This document shows positions 30,724 through 32,000 of a stretch of 32,000 nucleotides of DNA, in pieces (position 1 is the first letter of the stretch; every line of letters starts with the position of its first letter). The position numbers and the translations under genes are program-made. The notes under the pieces are model-generated. The model was not told the origin of the DNA. It ran no database searches and was given only the letters and a program-made list of their open reading frames with translations. The DNA is from Acidobacteriota bacterium (lineage in GTDB: Bacteria > Acidobacteriota > Polarisedimenticolia > Polarisedimenticolales > Polarisedimenticolaceae), in contig JBECKR010000312.1 in the NCBI GenBank assembly GCA_040235415.1, positions 3,362 through 35,361 of the forward strand. The letters run 5' to 3'.

Positions 30724-32000
30724 GGGTCCCTCCGGTCGTCGGTGCGGTCCGGCTCGAGCAGGATCTCGAGGATCCGCCGCTGGGCCGCCGGGTTGAGGAT
30801 CATCTCGAAGTGCTTGTCGTCGATCCATGTGGTCGGCGCGGCGATCGCGGCGCGCTCGTCGGGCGCCAAGGCCTCCTGGCTCTCGATCGTGGCGTGACCG
30901 TCTCCCGGGGACGTCGCCGCCGCGGACAAGATCGGGTCGCGATCGACCCGGCGGTCGCCGGCGAACCAGGTGTGCGGGCGTCCGGCCCCGGTGCTGACGA
31001 CCGCTCGCGCGGGAGTCGGGCGGTACGCGCTCTCGATGAGGTAGAACCGGGTCGGCGCGGGAGCGGGTGCGTCGCGCAACATCACGTCCTGCAGTCGCCG
31101 CGCACGGACCAACGCCGACGACAGAAACTCCCACCGGGTATCCGGGTCCCCGAACAGATCGGTGCGACCGGCCCGTCGCAACCGATCGGCGGTCCCCGGG
31201 GCGAACACCGACCATCCGAACCGCTCCCAGCTCTCCGGTGCAAACAGGTCGGCGTCGAGCGGCCGCCCGCGCTCGTCGACGATCGCGTGCTCGAGGTAGC
31301 CGGGGAGCGCCTCGTAAAGCGACGGGAAGGTGAAGAACACCTCCGCACGGAACCGCCGCCCGACCGCGCGTACGTAGCGGCGCCCGCGATCCATCGCCTT
31401 GAGCACGCGGATCGCTCCGCCGTTCGCCGTCCCGACGAGCACGAGCTTGTCGACGACGACGTCGGACGGCCGTGGCGCGTCGCCGGATTCCGCGTGCTCG
31501 AGCGGCGCTCCCCCGTACTTCACGAAGTAGCGCGCGATCCGGGCGGCGTTGCTCTGGACGACGAGGTCGACGTGGAGCACGTCCTCCCCCCGCGCGACCC
31601 GCAGGCGCTCGAGCGCGGCCGACAGCCTCTGCGCGGTCTCGACGTTGCCGAGCCGCCAGTCGTAGGCGAACGCGAAGAACGTCTCGCCCGCTTGCGGCGC
31701 GTCGAGATCGCCGGTGAGGTATCCGTTCGCCTCCATGAGCCGCCGGATCGTGCCGTAGACACGCACCGGGTAGATTCCGAGGACGCGCAAGCTCCACAGC
31801 GGGCCGCCCGCGACGGCGGCCGGCACGTCGCCGGAGATCGGCAGCGCGACCTCGTAGCCGCCGTCGCGCGGGACGAACAGGGACGCGCCGTCCCCCCAGA
31901 CGATCTCGCCGGTCTTGCGGTCGACCAGGCGCGTCCCCGTGAGGCCCGGGATCAGCACGACCGGGGTCTTGCGCTCGAGCGAGCGCAGCGGCTCGAGCAC
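30720..32000 (-). CDS. Alpha/beta hydrolase, LCAT/PGAP1-like lipase family; probably 5'-truncated by the window end
   Basis: PVVLIPGLTGTRL and FAYDWRL are typical LCAT-family motifs. The Ser-Asp-His candidates are VVQSNAA, PGDGHATIES and DDKHFEMILNP. The reading frame is open to the last base of the window. Confidence 0.6.
   Translation of the reverse strand: MLEPLRSLERKTPVVLIPGLTGTRLVDRKTGEIVWGDGASLFVPRDGGYEVALPISGDVPAAVAGGPLWSLRVLGIYPVRVYGTIRRLMEANGYLTGDLDAPQAGETFFAFAYDWRLGNVETAQRLSAALERLRVARGEDVLHVDLVVQSNAARIARYFVKYGGAPLEHAESGDAPRPSDVVVDKLVLVGTANGGAIRVLKAMDRGRRYVRAVGRRFRAEVFFTFPSLYEALPGYLEHAIVDERGRPLDADLFAPESWERFGWSVFAPGTADRLRRAGRTDLFGDPDTRWEFLSSALVRARRLQDVMLRDAPAPAPTRFYLIESAYRPTPARAVVSTGAGRPHTWFAGDRRVDRDPILSAAATSPGDGHATIESQEALAPDERAAIAAPTTWIDDKHFEMILNPAAQRRILEILLEPDRTDDRRDP

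Noticed and set aside
22831-31797. N-terminal extensions given in the track for polB (to 25392), argH (to 27347), argR (to 28311), NUDIX (to 29419) and the S9 peptidase (to 31797). The same applies elsewhere to clpA, the FKBP gene, the ARH gene and the 2OG-oxygenase.
   Set aside because: The extensions overlap upstream genes or promoters, are low-complexity, and lack an RBS. Internal starts give family-typical N-termini, good SD sequences and ATGA/GTGA coupling with the preceding stop.
1-32000. A search for CRISPR arrays, tRNA/rRNA genes, integrase/att sites, toxin-antitoxin pairs or defence-island gene content.
   Set aside because: I found none. Intergenic spacers are all under 370 bp, and every large ORF has a housekeeping-type family assignment or is a plain secreted hypothetical.

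Overview
This is a very GC-rich, gene-dense bacterial chromosomal window. I call 31 protein-coding genes, two of them truncated at the window edges. I found no rRNA, tRNA or CRISPR array. All function calls rest on motif recognition in my own translations; I could not run any database search.

Most of the content is ordinary housekeeping. Many genes sit in tight operons with 1-4 nt start/stop overlaps:
- thyA (partial; missing from the supplied ORF track)
- an IS200/RAYT-like HUH transposase homolog
- hrpB
- an ATP-grasp ligase
- a secreted protein / Rieske protein / PLP-dehydratase operon
- an M29-like aminopeptidase
- an FKBP PPIase plus a small Cys-rich protein
- an ADP-ribosylglycohydrolase and a GST
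- the N-degron cluster aat-clpS-clpA
- a GT2 glycosyltransferase and mscS
- a GNAT / 2OG-oxygenase / IMPase / RCK-antiporter operon
- an MgtC/DUF4010 membrane protein
- argR-argG-argH followed directly by polB
- a NUDIX hydrolase, an S9 peptidase and an LCAT-like hydrolase (partial)

Many ORF-track entries are over-extended at the N-terminus or are antisense shadows typical of high-GC DNA. I re-set the starts using RBS positions, stop/start coupling and family N-termini.

The most unusual signal is a dispersed family of perfect 26-bp palindromes built from the 13-bp unit GGTGTC[A/T]GACACC. There are three full copies and one half copy. Each lies on or within 4 nt of a stop codon, and two of them encode an identical VSDTGV* tail on unrelated enzymes. 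A RAYT-like HUH transposase gene with atypical codon usage lies in the same window.

Secondary observations:
- a recurring TAGAAT -10 box, twice in mirrored divergent pairs, with one leaderless-mRNA candidate
- a strong argR promoter overlapped by a 16-bp palindrome
- a 9-bp hairpin that sequesters a Shine-Dalgarno sequence
- an unannotated small ORF supported by codon periodicity

I see no recognisable defence, toxin-antitoxin, secretion or biosynthetic-cluster system. The claim of novelty rests mainly on the repeat family.
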